Positions 1 through 8,253 of a stretch of DNA of 64,000 nt are shown one piece after another. A program made the translations under genes and the position numbers. Every line of letters starts with the position of its first letter. Within the stretch, counting starts at the first letter, position 1. The notes beneath the pieces were generated by a model. It did not search any database, had not been told where the DNA came from, and saw only the letters and a list, made by a program, of their open reading frames with translations. This stretch comes from an uncultured Acidimicrobiaceae bacterium. Lineage in GTDB: Bacteria; Actinomycetota; Acidimicrobiia; Acidimicrobiales; Bog-793. The stretch spans positions 31,785 to 95,784 of the forward strand of contig CAVRYE010000008.1 in NCBI GenBank assembly GCA_963725355.1, written 5' to 3'.

Positions 1-836
1 CTGGTACCACTGGAGTCGCTCGCCACGATCGTCCGTCCGAGCGCTGTCACTGCGCCTGAGGTGACACTCGAGGGGAAACCCTGCCCCCCGGCGTTGCCGA
101 TGGCCACGACGGCGTTGCCCACGCTCACAGCCGACGAATTGGCGAACTTCACCGTCGGCAGACCGCTGACGCCTTTCAGCTGCAGCACGGCCACGTCGGC
201 TCTTGCATCCGTCCCGAGGACGGTCGCGACGTGGGTACCGCCATTGTCGACCGACACCTTGATGCTGCTCGCGCCGTCAATGACGTGGTTGTTGGTGATG
301 ATCTCCCCGTTCGAGGTGGCGATCATGCCCGTCCCCTCACCGAGGTTGGTGTCAATGTCGACCACGGCAGGGTCGACGGCGGCAGCGATCTGGGAGGTCG
401 TGAGCGATTGGCCAGCAGGCAAGGTCGCCAGTCCGGCCGCCGAGCTGCCTGCAGAACGGGTCACATAGGCGATCCCTACTCCCGCTCCAGCGCTGACCAG
501 CACGAGGGCCACCGCGACCATGGCCACGATCTTCCGGGCGAGCTTGGGACCTAGCCGTTGGGCGGGCCAGCTTTCCGCCGGGCCGTAGCCGCCGGCGACA
601 TAGCCACCGGAACCGTAATTGTCCGGGTCGTAGTTACCCCAGCTGTAATCGCCTTGTCCGTGGTCACCCGGGCCGTAGGTGTCGGGCGAGGCGTCAAGGG
701 GGGCCTCCTGGTCGGGCTTCGGCCATAAGGCCTCGGGGGAGCAAGGATCGGGCGGTCCCGCGTCGGCGCCTGCCGAAGAAAAGACCGAGCCAGCTGGTTG
801 GTCGCCCAATGACTGCTCGTCGTCGCCTTCGTCCAT
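1..836 (-). CDS. Trypsin-like S1C (HtrA-family) serine protease, N-terminal portion; gene continues beyond window start
   Basis: Own reverse-strand translation from ATG at 836. Pro/Gly/Tyr-rich N-terminus, one TM helix (KIVAMVAVALVLVSAGAGVGIAYV), then a protease core with His motif ITNNHVIDGA and Asp motif ARADVAVLQL. It stays open to position 1, so it is absent from the supplied ORF track. Confidence 0.8.
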   Translation of the reverse strand, partial: MDEGDDEQSLGDQPAGSVFSSAGADAGPPDPCSPEALWPKPDQEAPLDASPDTYGPGDHGQGDYSWGNYDPDNYGSGGYVAGGYGPAESWPAQRLGPKLARKIVAMVAVALVLVSAGAGVGIAYVTRSAGSSAAGLATLPAGQSLTTSQIAAAVDPAVVDIDTNLGEGTGMIATSNGEIITNNHVIDGASSIKVSVDNGGTHVATVLGTDARADVAVLQLKGVSGLPTVKFANSSAVSVGNAVVAIGNAGGQGFPSSVTSGAVTALGRTIVASDSSGT

Positions 837-976
837 AACTCTCACCTTTGGTCAAGCGCTCAGTTTGAGCGCTAGGGCCAAGCCCCCCCGGCTAAAGCTC
901 AAAGCGTGGATTAACTTTCTATACCCAGATCATGCGGCCTCTAGTCCGCGCTTTGCGGCGGGGGCTCGCCCCGCTC

Positions 977-2702
977 TTAATCGTAAGTGGCTTCCAGGCA
1001 CCACCTTCCCTGCTCGAGGACGACCAGGTGAGCCGTGCCGTCCTCGAGCAGCACTTGCAACCGCGCCCGTCGTCTCGCCGCCGCCGGGTCCCACCAGCGC
1101 TCGTCGGCTGGCCATGGCCCTGACCAACCCGTTATCGCGACAGATGAGCCACCGCCAGTCGGCAGGCGCAAGCTTGATGGGACCGACGTGCACCTACCGC
1201 GCCCGGTCACCCCGACCGGGACTCCGTCTGCGTCGAAGACCTCGACGGCGAGGGGCACAGGATGGACAAGAGCAGGCGAGGGTGGAGGTAGGCGACCCGG
1301 CCAAGGTGGCGCCTCCCGGGTCCTAGCTCCGGGCGGAGCCGCTCGGCCTCCGGACCGGACGCGCTTTGATGACCGTCCTGGTTGTTGTTGCGGGCGAGCT
1401 GTCTTGGAGGAGGAGGGGGCGCTGTGGCCTCCTTCGGGCTCCTCTCCCCAAGCCACAAGGCGGATCTGCTCGCCCGGGCCTCTCCCACCCGCCCGCGTTG
1501 CCATCAAGACGGCCTCGTGCCCCAAAAGGCCCTGTACCCGGGCGAGGCCTCGCTCCACCTGTCGGCTTGCTTGGGCTATGCCCCCCTCGAAATCCATCTG
1601 GCGCCCGTCGTCGGGAACTACCTCACCGACACCGAGGCGCAGCATCGTGATCCCGGCGGTGGGCGCTGTGATAACCGGTCCCTGCAGCCATCCCTCGAGC
1701 TGCCAGCGGACCCGGTCCACAATCGCCCTGGCGGTGAAGGGACGATCACCTCTCCAGCAACGCTGTAGTGACTCGCCGTGCTCGGTCTCTGCCTCGACGA
1801 GCAATCGGGTGGCGGCCAGCCCGTGCGGGCTGAGCCGGCCGACAAGCTCCTCGGCGAGACCGATCGCCACAAACCCCACGGCGTCGGCCCTGTCGAGGGG
1901 AGGGTCAAGCGCCCTGGAGACAGTGAGGTCCGCGGGGGGGTCGCCGAGAACGAGCGGCCGTTCGTCGAGGCCACGGGCGAGTCGGTGAGCAAAGCCTCCT
2001 TCGCTGCCGAAGCGGGCCAGCACCGCGGCCTCGTCCAGGCCTGCGAAGTCGCCGAGGGTCCTGATCCCGAGCCGCCGGAGGACCCCGGCGAGCTCGCGCA
2101 AGCCGAGAACCTCGACCGGGAAATGACTGAGCCACTCCGCAGCTAAGCCACGAGGCACGATCACCCCTTGGCGCGCAGCAAGACGCGCCGCGAACGGGCC
2201 GTCGGCTATCCCCGCCTTGCAAGGTGGTTCAGGGGCGACGGTTCCCCCGGCGCGGGCGACGGCGACGACGGCTTGCCCGCCAGCATCACAGATCTTCTTC
2301 AATAAAGCCGCCTCCCCGCCGAAATAGCGGGCGGCAGCTCGGGCCGGTATGGCACAGGCCCCCGGTCTTGTGAGCTCCACCTGGGGGGTAAAGCTCGCAA
2401 CCGCTGCGACGACCGGCTCGAAACTACCGCGCGTCACGCAACTGGTCCTCGGCCACGACGACGAGCTCAGGGCAACATGCCTGTGCTTCCCTGCGACGCT
2501 GGCCGAGACGCACCCCCTCGACTCGGGCGGGGCCAGAGGAGGCGACCACACGGTTGGCGGCAAGGACCGCAGCAGGGCGGTCTGCGAGCCCGGCGACAAC
2601 AAGCGGCCAATCTGGGCACCAGACGACCAGGGTACGGACCGGGGGCGTCACGGTATCAAGCCGGGATCCCAAGACGGCCCCGTCTCGGGCGGCTGGCGGC
2701 AC
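977..2702 (-). pseudogene. imuB: imuB (Y-family-polymerase-like SOS mutasome subunit) split by an apparent single-nt frameshift near 2424-2427
   Basis: The N-terminus (ORF 2424..2702: RTLVVWCPDWPLVVAG...VVVAEDQLRDAR*) and the remainder (ORF 977..2602, from FEPVVAAVASFTPQVELTRPGACAIP to the C-terminal ...RWWDP...LEATYD) are both ImuB-like but in different frames. They abut at the TAG at 2424-2426. Confidence 0.75.
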
Positions 2703-3465
2703 CGCGACCGCCTACTTCTGCCTCGAGACGGCGAAGGCTAAGCAGTCCGTGGCCGTGCTCGAGACCCGACCAGCCCGACTCCATCACCGAACAGCGCAGG
2801 TCGCAAGGCCCCGGCCAGAGTGGCAGAACCCGACCGACGCGCCCCGCGCCAGCCGTGCGGAGGATCCCTCTCGCCGCGCCGGGCGCACTGGCGGCGTCGA
2901 AGACGAGCAGGGTCGACCGGCGCTCCCTGGCACGAGCCGAGAGCCGCCTCGCATCTGTCGGCCGCACCGGGGTTTGCGGGGCGAGACAGACGAGATCGAC
3001 GGTTTCTAGCAAGGTCGTGACCACGTTTTGCCAACGGCCTTCGGACCCGGGCCGGGGAACAAGGACGAGACGGTCGAGATCAGCTCCCATCTCGACCGCG
3101 GCAACAAGGCCGAGCTCGGGCAGGCCCACCACCGCGCACCAGCAGCCCTGTGACGAGGCGCCTGCGAGCAGCAAGAGCAGCAGGCTCGTCAGTCCCGGTG
3201 CCGGCTCTACCAGGCCACGGGAAGCACCCGAGGCGGAGACAGATCCGAGCGTTTCCGCCGGCGCAGGTGGCCCAAGCAGAACCGTGCCGCCTCTAGGGAG
3301 GCCATTGCCGGGGAACAGCCCAGCCAGCTCCGCAGAGACCGGTAGGGTCCGCTCAGGTGGGGGCGGGACCGCGACAGAGCGGGAGCGAGACTTTGGGGCC
3401 GTGACGGCCTGGGCCGAAAAGGCGCTCGGCACTGAAGGCGTCCCGGCCAGAGCATAGGTGGCCAT
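2656..3465 (-). CDS. imuA': ImuA' (RecA/SulA-fold accessory protein of the imuA'-imuB mutasome)
   Basis: ORF 2656..3567. Start placed at MATYALAG (ATG 3465) because the SOS box lies at 3478-3491. It sits directly upstream of and overlaps imuB, is about 270 aa, and has an Ala/Gly/Leu-rich core. The family call rests largely on context. Confidence 0.65.
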   Translation of the reverse strand: MATYALAGTPSVPSAFSAQAVTAPKSRSRSVAVPPPPERTLPVSAELAGLFPGNGLPRGGTVLLGPPAPAETLGSVSASGASRGLVEPAPGLTSLLLLLLAGASSQGCWCAVVGLPELGLVAAVEMGADLDRLVLVPRPGSEGRWQNVVTTLLETVDLVCLAPQTPVRPTDARRLSARARERRSTLLVFDAASAPGAARGILRTAGAGRVGRVLPLWPGPCDLRCSVMESGWSGLEHGHGLLSLRRLEAEVGGRGAASRPRRGRLGIPA

Positions 3466-3476
3466 GATCGCAGTAT

Positions 3477-3492
3477 ACGAACACATGTTCGA
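3477..3492 (-). promoter_or_regulatory. LexA/SOS box (CGAAC-N4-GTTCG) overlapping the imuA' promoter
   Basis: The sequence ACGAACACATGTTCGA contains a perfect CGAAC-ACAT-GTTCG palindrome, the Gram-positive/actinobacterial LexA operator core. On the minus strand it is followed by TATACT (3472-3477, -10-like). The ATG at 3465 lies only 6 nt downstream, suggesting a leaderless, LexA-repressed transcript. Confidence 0.7.
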
Positions 3493-3745
3493 TACGAAAA
3501 GGGGCCCAGCACAAGAGATCCAGTGACCTCTTCTGTCGTAGGCCAGACAAAAGCACGTCGGCTGCACCTTTTTGCGAGCCGACCACAGACTTGCGGGCCT
3601 CAGCCTAATTCGGCTCGCAAAAGTCGCTGCCCGCCTGCGCCGGATCAGCGACCTGTTTCAAAGACTTTTTAAGACTAAATTGTTAGCAGTGAGCCGCTGC
3701 ACCAGTGCAGCTGTGGCCAGACTCACCTCGGCAAGAGGGGGGCAA

Positions 3746-3929
3746 ATGCCGAACGAGAGTCAGCTTTCCGACGTGTTGAGCGAGTTTGCCAGCACGATGC
3801 TCACCGACTTCCCGATCCAGGGGATCCTCAATCATCTTGTGCAACGCATTGTCGAGGTGATGCCCGTCACCGCGGCCGGCGTGACGCTCATCTCGCCCGG
3901 CTTTAAGCCGAGGTACGTAGCTGCCTCGG
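3746..3929 (+). pseudogene. 5' fragment of a GAF-GGDEF-EAL signalling protein gene, truncated by IS insertion
   Basis: ATG at 3746 preceded by AGAGGGGGG. MPNESQLSDVLSEFASTMLTDFPIQGILNHLVQRIVEVMPVTAAGVTLISPGFKPRYVAAS is GAF-like. The frame continues seamlessly at 5340 (…RYVAAS|DSSALRFEELQTELGEGPCVEA…) once the IS and one target-repeat copy are removed. Confidence 0.8.
3921..3929. repeat. Target-site duplication, left copy (CTGCCTCGG)
   Basis: Identical 9-mer at 5340-5348, immediately outside the IS ends. An 8-9 bp TSD is typical of the IS256 family. Confidence 0.7.
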
Positions 3930-5339
3930 GGGACGTCCCATGAGTTGGTGTAAATCGCGCAGAGGGTCCACCACGTAGCGGACCACCGGAGTGAATCTCG
4001 ACGTGTCCCTGACAAGACACGACAAGGAGATCACTCCGATGGCCCAACATGATTTTGATCCCTATGCGCTTCTCGACGCGCTCCGCGCCGGCGGCGACGT
4101 CGATCTGATTCGAGCGAGCGTCGAGCTCGTTCTCCAGGCCCTCATCGAGGCCGAGGTGTCCGGCGTGATCGGTGCCGAACCCTATGAGCGCTCCGATGAG
4201 CGCACGAACTACCGAAACGGGCGCCGGCCCCGCCTGTTGTCGACCAAGGCCGGCGATGTCGAGCTGAAGATCCCGAAGCTGCGCTCGGGCTCGTTCTTTC
4301 CTCAGATCTTGGAGCGCCGCAGAAGGATCGACCGGGCGCTGTACGCGGTGGTGATGGAGGCCTACGTGCACGGCGTGTCGACGCGAAAGGTCGACGACCT
4401 GGTCGAGGCGCTCGGTGCCGCCTCGGGGATCTCGAAGTCCGAGGTCAGCAGGATCTGTTCTGAGCTCGACAAGGAGATGGAGGCCTTCCGGACCCGCCGT
4501 CTTGACCACGTCGCCTTCCCCTATCTGTTCTGTGACGCCACCTATGTAAAGGGGCGACTGCGCGGTCGCGTAGTCAGCCGGGCCGTGGTGGTCGTCACCG
4601 GCGTGACCGCCGAGGGCAACCGCGAGGTGCTCGGCTGCGACGTCGGCGACTCCGAGGACGGCACCTTTTGGACGGCGTTCCTCCGGGGGCTTCGCGAGCG
4701 GGGACTCTCGGGTGTCCGACTCGTCGTCTCCGATCAGCACCTCGGACTGAAAGAGGCGATCGGGAAGGTCTTCATCGGGGCCGCCTGGCAACGCTGCCGG
4801 GTGCACTTTTTACGCAACGCCCTCTCCGGTGTCCCGAAGGCGAAGACCCAGATGGTCGCCGCCGCCATCCGGACGATCTTCGCCCAGCCTGGGGCAGAGC
4901 ACGTGGCCCAGCAGCTCGACGTAGTCGCCGACACGCTCAGCTTCACTCTCCCCGGGGTCGCGCAGCTCCTGCTCGACGCGAAAGAGGACCTCGTCGCGTT
5001 CTCGAGCTTCCCGATCGCGCACTGGCCCAAGCTGTGGTCGACGAACCCCCTCGAGCGCGTGAACGCTGAGATCAAGCGCCGCACCAACGTCGTCGGCATC
5101 TTCCCCAACGACGCCGCGGTGCTCCGTCTCGTGACCGCGGTGCTGGTCGAACAGCACGATGAATGGGAGGTCGCCGAGCGCCGCTACCTCTCCGAGGAGT
5201 CGATGGTTCTCATCGACCAGGCCGTCAACGACGAGCTCAGCGTGGAGGGGGTGTCATTGGCGATCATGAAGTGACAAACTGCACGCGCGTCGAGAGCGCT
5301 TCGGCTCAGCCGATTTACACCTCTCCGCGGGACGCGATC
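3930..5339 (+). mobile_element. IS256-family insertion sequence (1410 bp) with imperfect terminal inverted repeats
   Basis: Left end GGGACGTCCCATGAGTTGGTGTAAATCG (3930-3957). Reverse complement of the right end GATCGCGTCCCGCGGAGAGGTGTAAATCG (5311-5339). They share the blocks CGTCCC and GGTGTAAATCG. The element is flanked by the identical 9-mer CTGCCTCGG, carries a single transposase ORF, and interrupts an otherwise continuous reading frame. Confidence 0.85.
3991..5274 (+). CDS. IS256-family (mutator-type) DDE transposase
   Basis: 427-aa ORF with family-typical blocks: YERSDERTNYRNGRRPR, FPQILERRRRIDRAL, YLFCDATYVK, VVSDQHLGLKEAI, WQRCRVHFLRNAL, STNPLERVNAEIKRRT. The true start may be the internal MAQHDF at 4039. 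Confidence 0.9.
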   Translation: MNLDVSLTRHDKEITPMAQHDFDPYALLDALRAGGDVDLIRASVELVLQALIEAEVSGVIGAEPYERSDERTNYRNGRRPRLLSTKAGDVELKIPKLRSGSFFPQILERRRRIDRALYAVVMEAYVHGVSTRKVDDLVEALGAASGISKSEVSRICSELDKEMEAFRTRRLDHVAFPYLFCDATYVKGRLRGRVVSRAVVVVTGVTAEGNREVLGCDVGDSEDGTFWTAFLRGLRERGLSGVRLVVSDQHLGLKEAIGKVFIGAAWQRCRVHFLRNALSGVPKAKTQMVAAAIRTIFAQPGAEHVAQQLDVVADTLSFTLPGVAQLLLDAKEDLVAFSSFPIAHWPKLWSTNPLERVNAEIKRRTNVVGIFPNDAAVLRLVTAVLVEQHDEWEVAERRYLSEESMVLIDQAVNDELSVEGVSLAIMK

Positions 5340-5348
5340 CTGCCTCGG
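5340..5348. repeat. Target-site duplication, right copy (CTGCCTCGG)
   Basis: See left copy at 3921-3929. Confidence 0.7.
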
Positions 5349-7025
5349 ACTCGTCCGCCCTTCGCTTCGAGGAACTGCAGACCGAGCTCGGCGAGGGACC
5401 GTGCGTGGAGGCATGTCGCACGGGGATCGCTGTCGAGATGCCCGACCTGTCAAGCGACGTTCGCTTCCCGGAGTTCACCCCACGGGCGCTTAGCATTGGG
5501 CTTGCCGCGGTGTTCACCTTCCCGCTTCGTCACGGTGTCTCACAACTTGGCGCGCTGGATCTCTACAGCGACACGGCGGGCGCGCTCGACGCTGCTTCTC
5601 TTTCCGCCGCCCGGACGCTGGCTGACGTCGCTGCCGCCTACTTACTAAACGCCCAGGCACGGACGGACCTGCAAGATGCGGCTAACCGGTCTCAAGACCG
5701 CTCGCTACACGACGCTCTGACCGGACTCGCAAATCGGACCCTATTGCTCGATCGCCTAGGCCACGCAGTCCAGCGCAGTCGCCGATCGGACAAGTCACTC
5801 GGAGTTCTCTTCGTGGACCTCGACCAATTCAAGCTTGTGAACGACAGGTGCGGTCACGAAGTCGGCGACGAGCTCTTGGTGGCCGTCGCCCGCAGGCTCA
5901 GCGCGTCTGCTGCGGCCCGACGACAGCCTGGCGAGAATGTCGGGCGACGAATTCGTCGTCTTGTGCGAGAACCTGAACGATGAGTCGGACCTGTCGGTGG
6001 TGGCCAGCCGCATAAGCAACGCGCTCAGCGTCCCCTACGCGCTCTCGACCAACGAGGTGACCGTCACCGCCAGCATCGGTGTGGCTTTCGCCGGCCGGGG
6101 CGTATACGCGCCGGCTCAGCTCATTCGTGACGCCGATGCAGCTATGTACCAGGCCAAACGCAAGGGTGGTAATCGCCACCAGGTCGTCGACCTGCGCGAG
6201 GTGCACTTGTTCGAACGGCGGCACACCCTAAAGCGGGAGCTTGCCGGTGCGGTAGCGCGCGGGGAGCTACGGGTGCTACACCAACCCATTGTCGCCACAA
6301 AAGATGGGCGGGTCAAAGGTGTCGAGGCCCTCCTGCGCTGGGAGCATTCCGGCCGCCAAGATGTGGCTCCGATCGAAGTCGTAAAGCTCGCCGAGGAGTC
6401 CGGCCTCATCACCGATATCGGACGATGGGTGCTTGAAAAGGCCTGCAATGACCGGCGCCGCTGGCAGCACGACGATCGAATCCGAGATGTCGGGGCAGCT
6501 GTCAACGTCTCGGCGCAACAGCTTTTGTCGCCCGACTTCTCTGCCACGGTGGCGGCGGTACTCCGCTCTACGAGCACCGACCCCGGGCAGCTCACCATCG
6601 AGCTGACTGAGACCGTGCTCCTCCAAGACAGCCATCGTGCCCTCGCTGTCTTCGAGCAGCTGAAGAAGCTCGGGGTGCTGCTTGCTCTCGATGATTTCGG
6701 GACGGGCTACTCCTCGCTGAGCTATCTCAAGCAATTTCCTGTCGATATCGTCAAGATCGACCAGAGTTTCATTGCCGACCTGGAATCGGATCAGGCGAGC
6801 CGGTCAATAGTCACTGCCGTCATCGACTTGGCGCGCGTCATGGGAATAGCCACCGTCGCCGAGGGCGTAGAGAATGCGACACAACACGACGAGGTTACGG
6901 CTCTCGGCTGCGACTTCTGCCAGGGTTTCTATTTTGCCCAGCCCATGTCCGCTTCTGATTTCGACGTTCTGATGCATCTGGGCGATTTTGACGGCAATCC
7001 TCGCCTCCCCCTCCTCGCCAGCTGA
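5340..7025 (+). pseudogene. 3' fragment of the GAF-GGDEF-EAL gene, with an additional frameshift near 5906
   Basis: GAF remainder (…GEGPCVEACRTGIAVEMPDL…LGALDLYS), GGDEF domain (LTGLANRTLLLDRL…FVDLDQFKLVNDRCGHEVGDELLVAVARRLSA), then a frame change to LLRPDDSLARMSGDEFVVL (ORF 5937..7025). EAL domain present (EALLRWEH, DDFGTGYSSLSYL). Removing T5906 restores one frame. Confidence 0.8.
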
Positions 7026-7127
7026 CACGGATCGTGGGCCGCCTGCCAGGCCATCACCAGCGGCGCTGAGGCGCCAACAGGGCGCTTGGTCGAACAAGAG
7101 GCCGCCCACAAGGTGGCAAACTCAGCC

Positions 7128-7718
7128 ATGGCCGTGGCCGTACGCCCAGCAGAACTGACCGATGCCGGCGCCATCGCCACCGCACACATAGCCTCCTGGC
7201 AGTCGGGATACGAAGATCTGATAGCCGATGAGGTGCTACGCGCCCTCGGCTCTCGGCTCCTCGAGCGCACATTGCGCTGGCAGACGATCATCCTTGGCGC
7301 TGAGACCGAGGGGCACTTCGTGCTCGTCGGCGAGATCGATGGCGAGCTGGCCGGGTTTTTGACCGGAGGTGCCTGCCGAGACGACCGGGAGGAGCCGCTC
7401 GGCGAGGTGCACGGCTGCTATGTCGATCCCGCCCATTGGCGAAAAGGCGTCGGGAGCGCCCTCATGGCGACTGCCATCGAAAGGCTCACCCAAGCCGGCC
7501 ATAGTGAGGCTGTGCTCTGGGTGCTAGCCGGCAACTCGCGCGCTCGGGCCTTCTACGAGGCCCACGGGTGGGTCGCCGACGGAGCCGAGAAAACCTACGA
7601 CCTGGAAGGGGGCCGCTACCCGGAGGTGCGCTACCGGCGCAACTTGGGCAAGCTCAGAGGTCAGGGCCTTTCCTGTGAGGAGGCGCCGGCGCCACGACAG
7701 GAGGGGGGCCCGCACTGA
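7128..7718 (+). CDS. GNAT-family N-acetyltransferase
   Basis: ORF 7086..7718; likely start MAVAVRPAEL (ATG 7128). Acetyl-CoA binding region CYVDPAHWRKGVGSALMATAIERL and C-terminal ARAFYEAHGW. Confidence 0.7.
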   Translation: MAVAVRPAELTDAGAIATAHIASWQSGYEDLIADEVLRALGSRLLERTLRWQTIILGAETEGHFVLVGEIDGELAGFLTGGACRDDREEPLGEVHGCYVDPAHWRKGVGSALMATAIERLTQAGHSEAVLWVLAGNSRARAFYEAHGWVADGAEKTYDLEGGRYPEVRYRRNLGKLRGQGLSCEEAPAPRQEGGPH

Positions 7719-8229
7719 GGCCTCGTGGTGTGCCTCCCGGGAAGCCTCCGGCGTTCCCCGGCCCTCGACGCGGACCCATCGGGCTCATGCGTCGCCCGCC
7801 CCGCAAGAAGGCGACCGCCCCGGCACCGAGGTAGCGGACGGCGAGACGCGTCGCCACGTACCCGGTCACGAGCAGCCCGGTGACGCCGACAAGGACTAGG
7901 ACGACCCCGAGAAGGTACGAGTGGTGCTCGCAGCCCGCCGTGACGGCGGCGGCGAGGGAGGGAGCCTTGCCCACCGCCTGGCTGGCTTGGCCGTTGCACT
8001 TAGCAGGCAGATGGGAGTTCTTCCATGCCGAACGCAGTGCCAACGCGCCGCCGGAGAGGAAGCAGACGAACCAGACCACCTGCAAGGACATCACCCGCTT
8101 CAACATCCGGGTCGCCTTTGCCAGGACCTCGGCCGGCGTCTCAACCACTTCGCTGCCCATGACGGCCCTCCCGCCTGTAACGCCCTTCACAAAGCTACGC
8201 AGATGCCGTTCGAAGCGCACTTGGACCAA
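7654..8229 (-). CDS. Hypothetical membrane protein
   Basis: 191-aa ORF with two predicted TM helices (LQVVWFVCFLSGGALAL; YLLGVVLVLVGVTGLLVTGYV). No recognisable family. Its 3' end overlaps the GNAT gene convergently, so coding status is uncertain. Confidence 0.35.
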   Translation of the reverse strand: MVQVRFERHLRSFVKGVTGGRAVMGSEVVETPAEVLAKATRMLKRVMSLQVVWFVCFLSGGALALRSAWKNSHLPAKCNGQASQAVGKAPSLAAAVTAGCEHHSYLLGVVLVLVGVTGLLVTGYVATRLAVRYLGAGAVAFLRGGRRMSPMGPRRGPGNAGGFPGGTPRGLSAGPPPVVAPAPPHRKGPDL

Positions 8230-8253
8230 TTCCGGCGAGATCGCGCAGTCGGG

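Noticed and set aside
1-976. Expectation that dnaE2 would follow imuB
   Set aside because: Reverse-strand translation of this region gives an HtrA-like serine protease with TM helix and His/Asp motifs, not a C-family polymerase.
3832-4806. 324-aa minus-strand ORF inside the IS element
   Set aside because: It is antisense to the IS256-family transposase. IS256-type elements encode a single transposase, and this product has no motifs.
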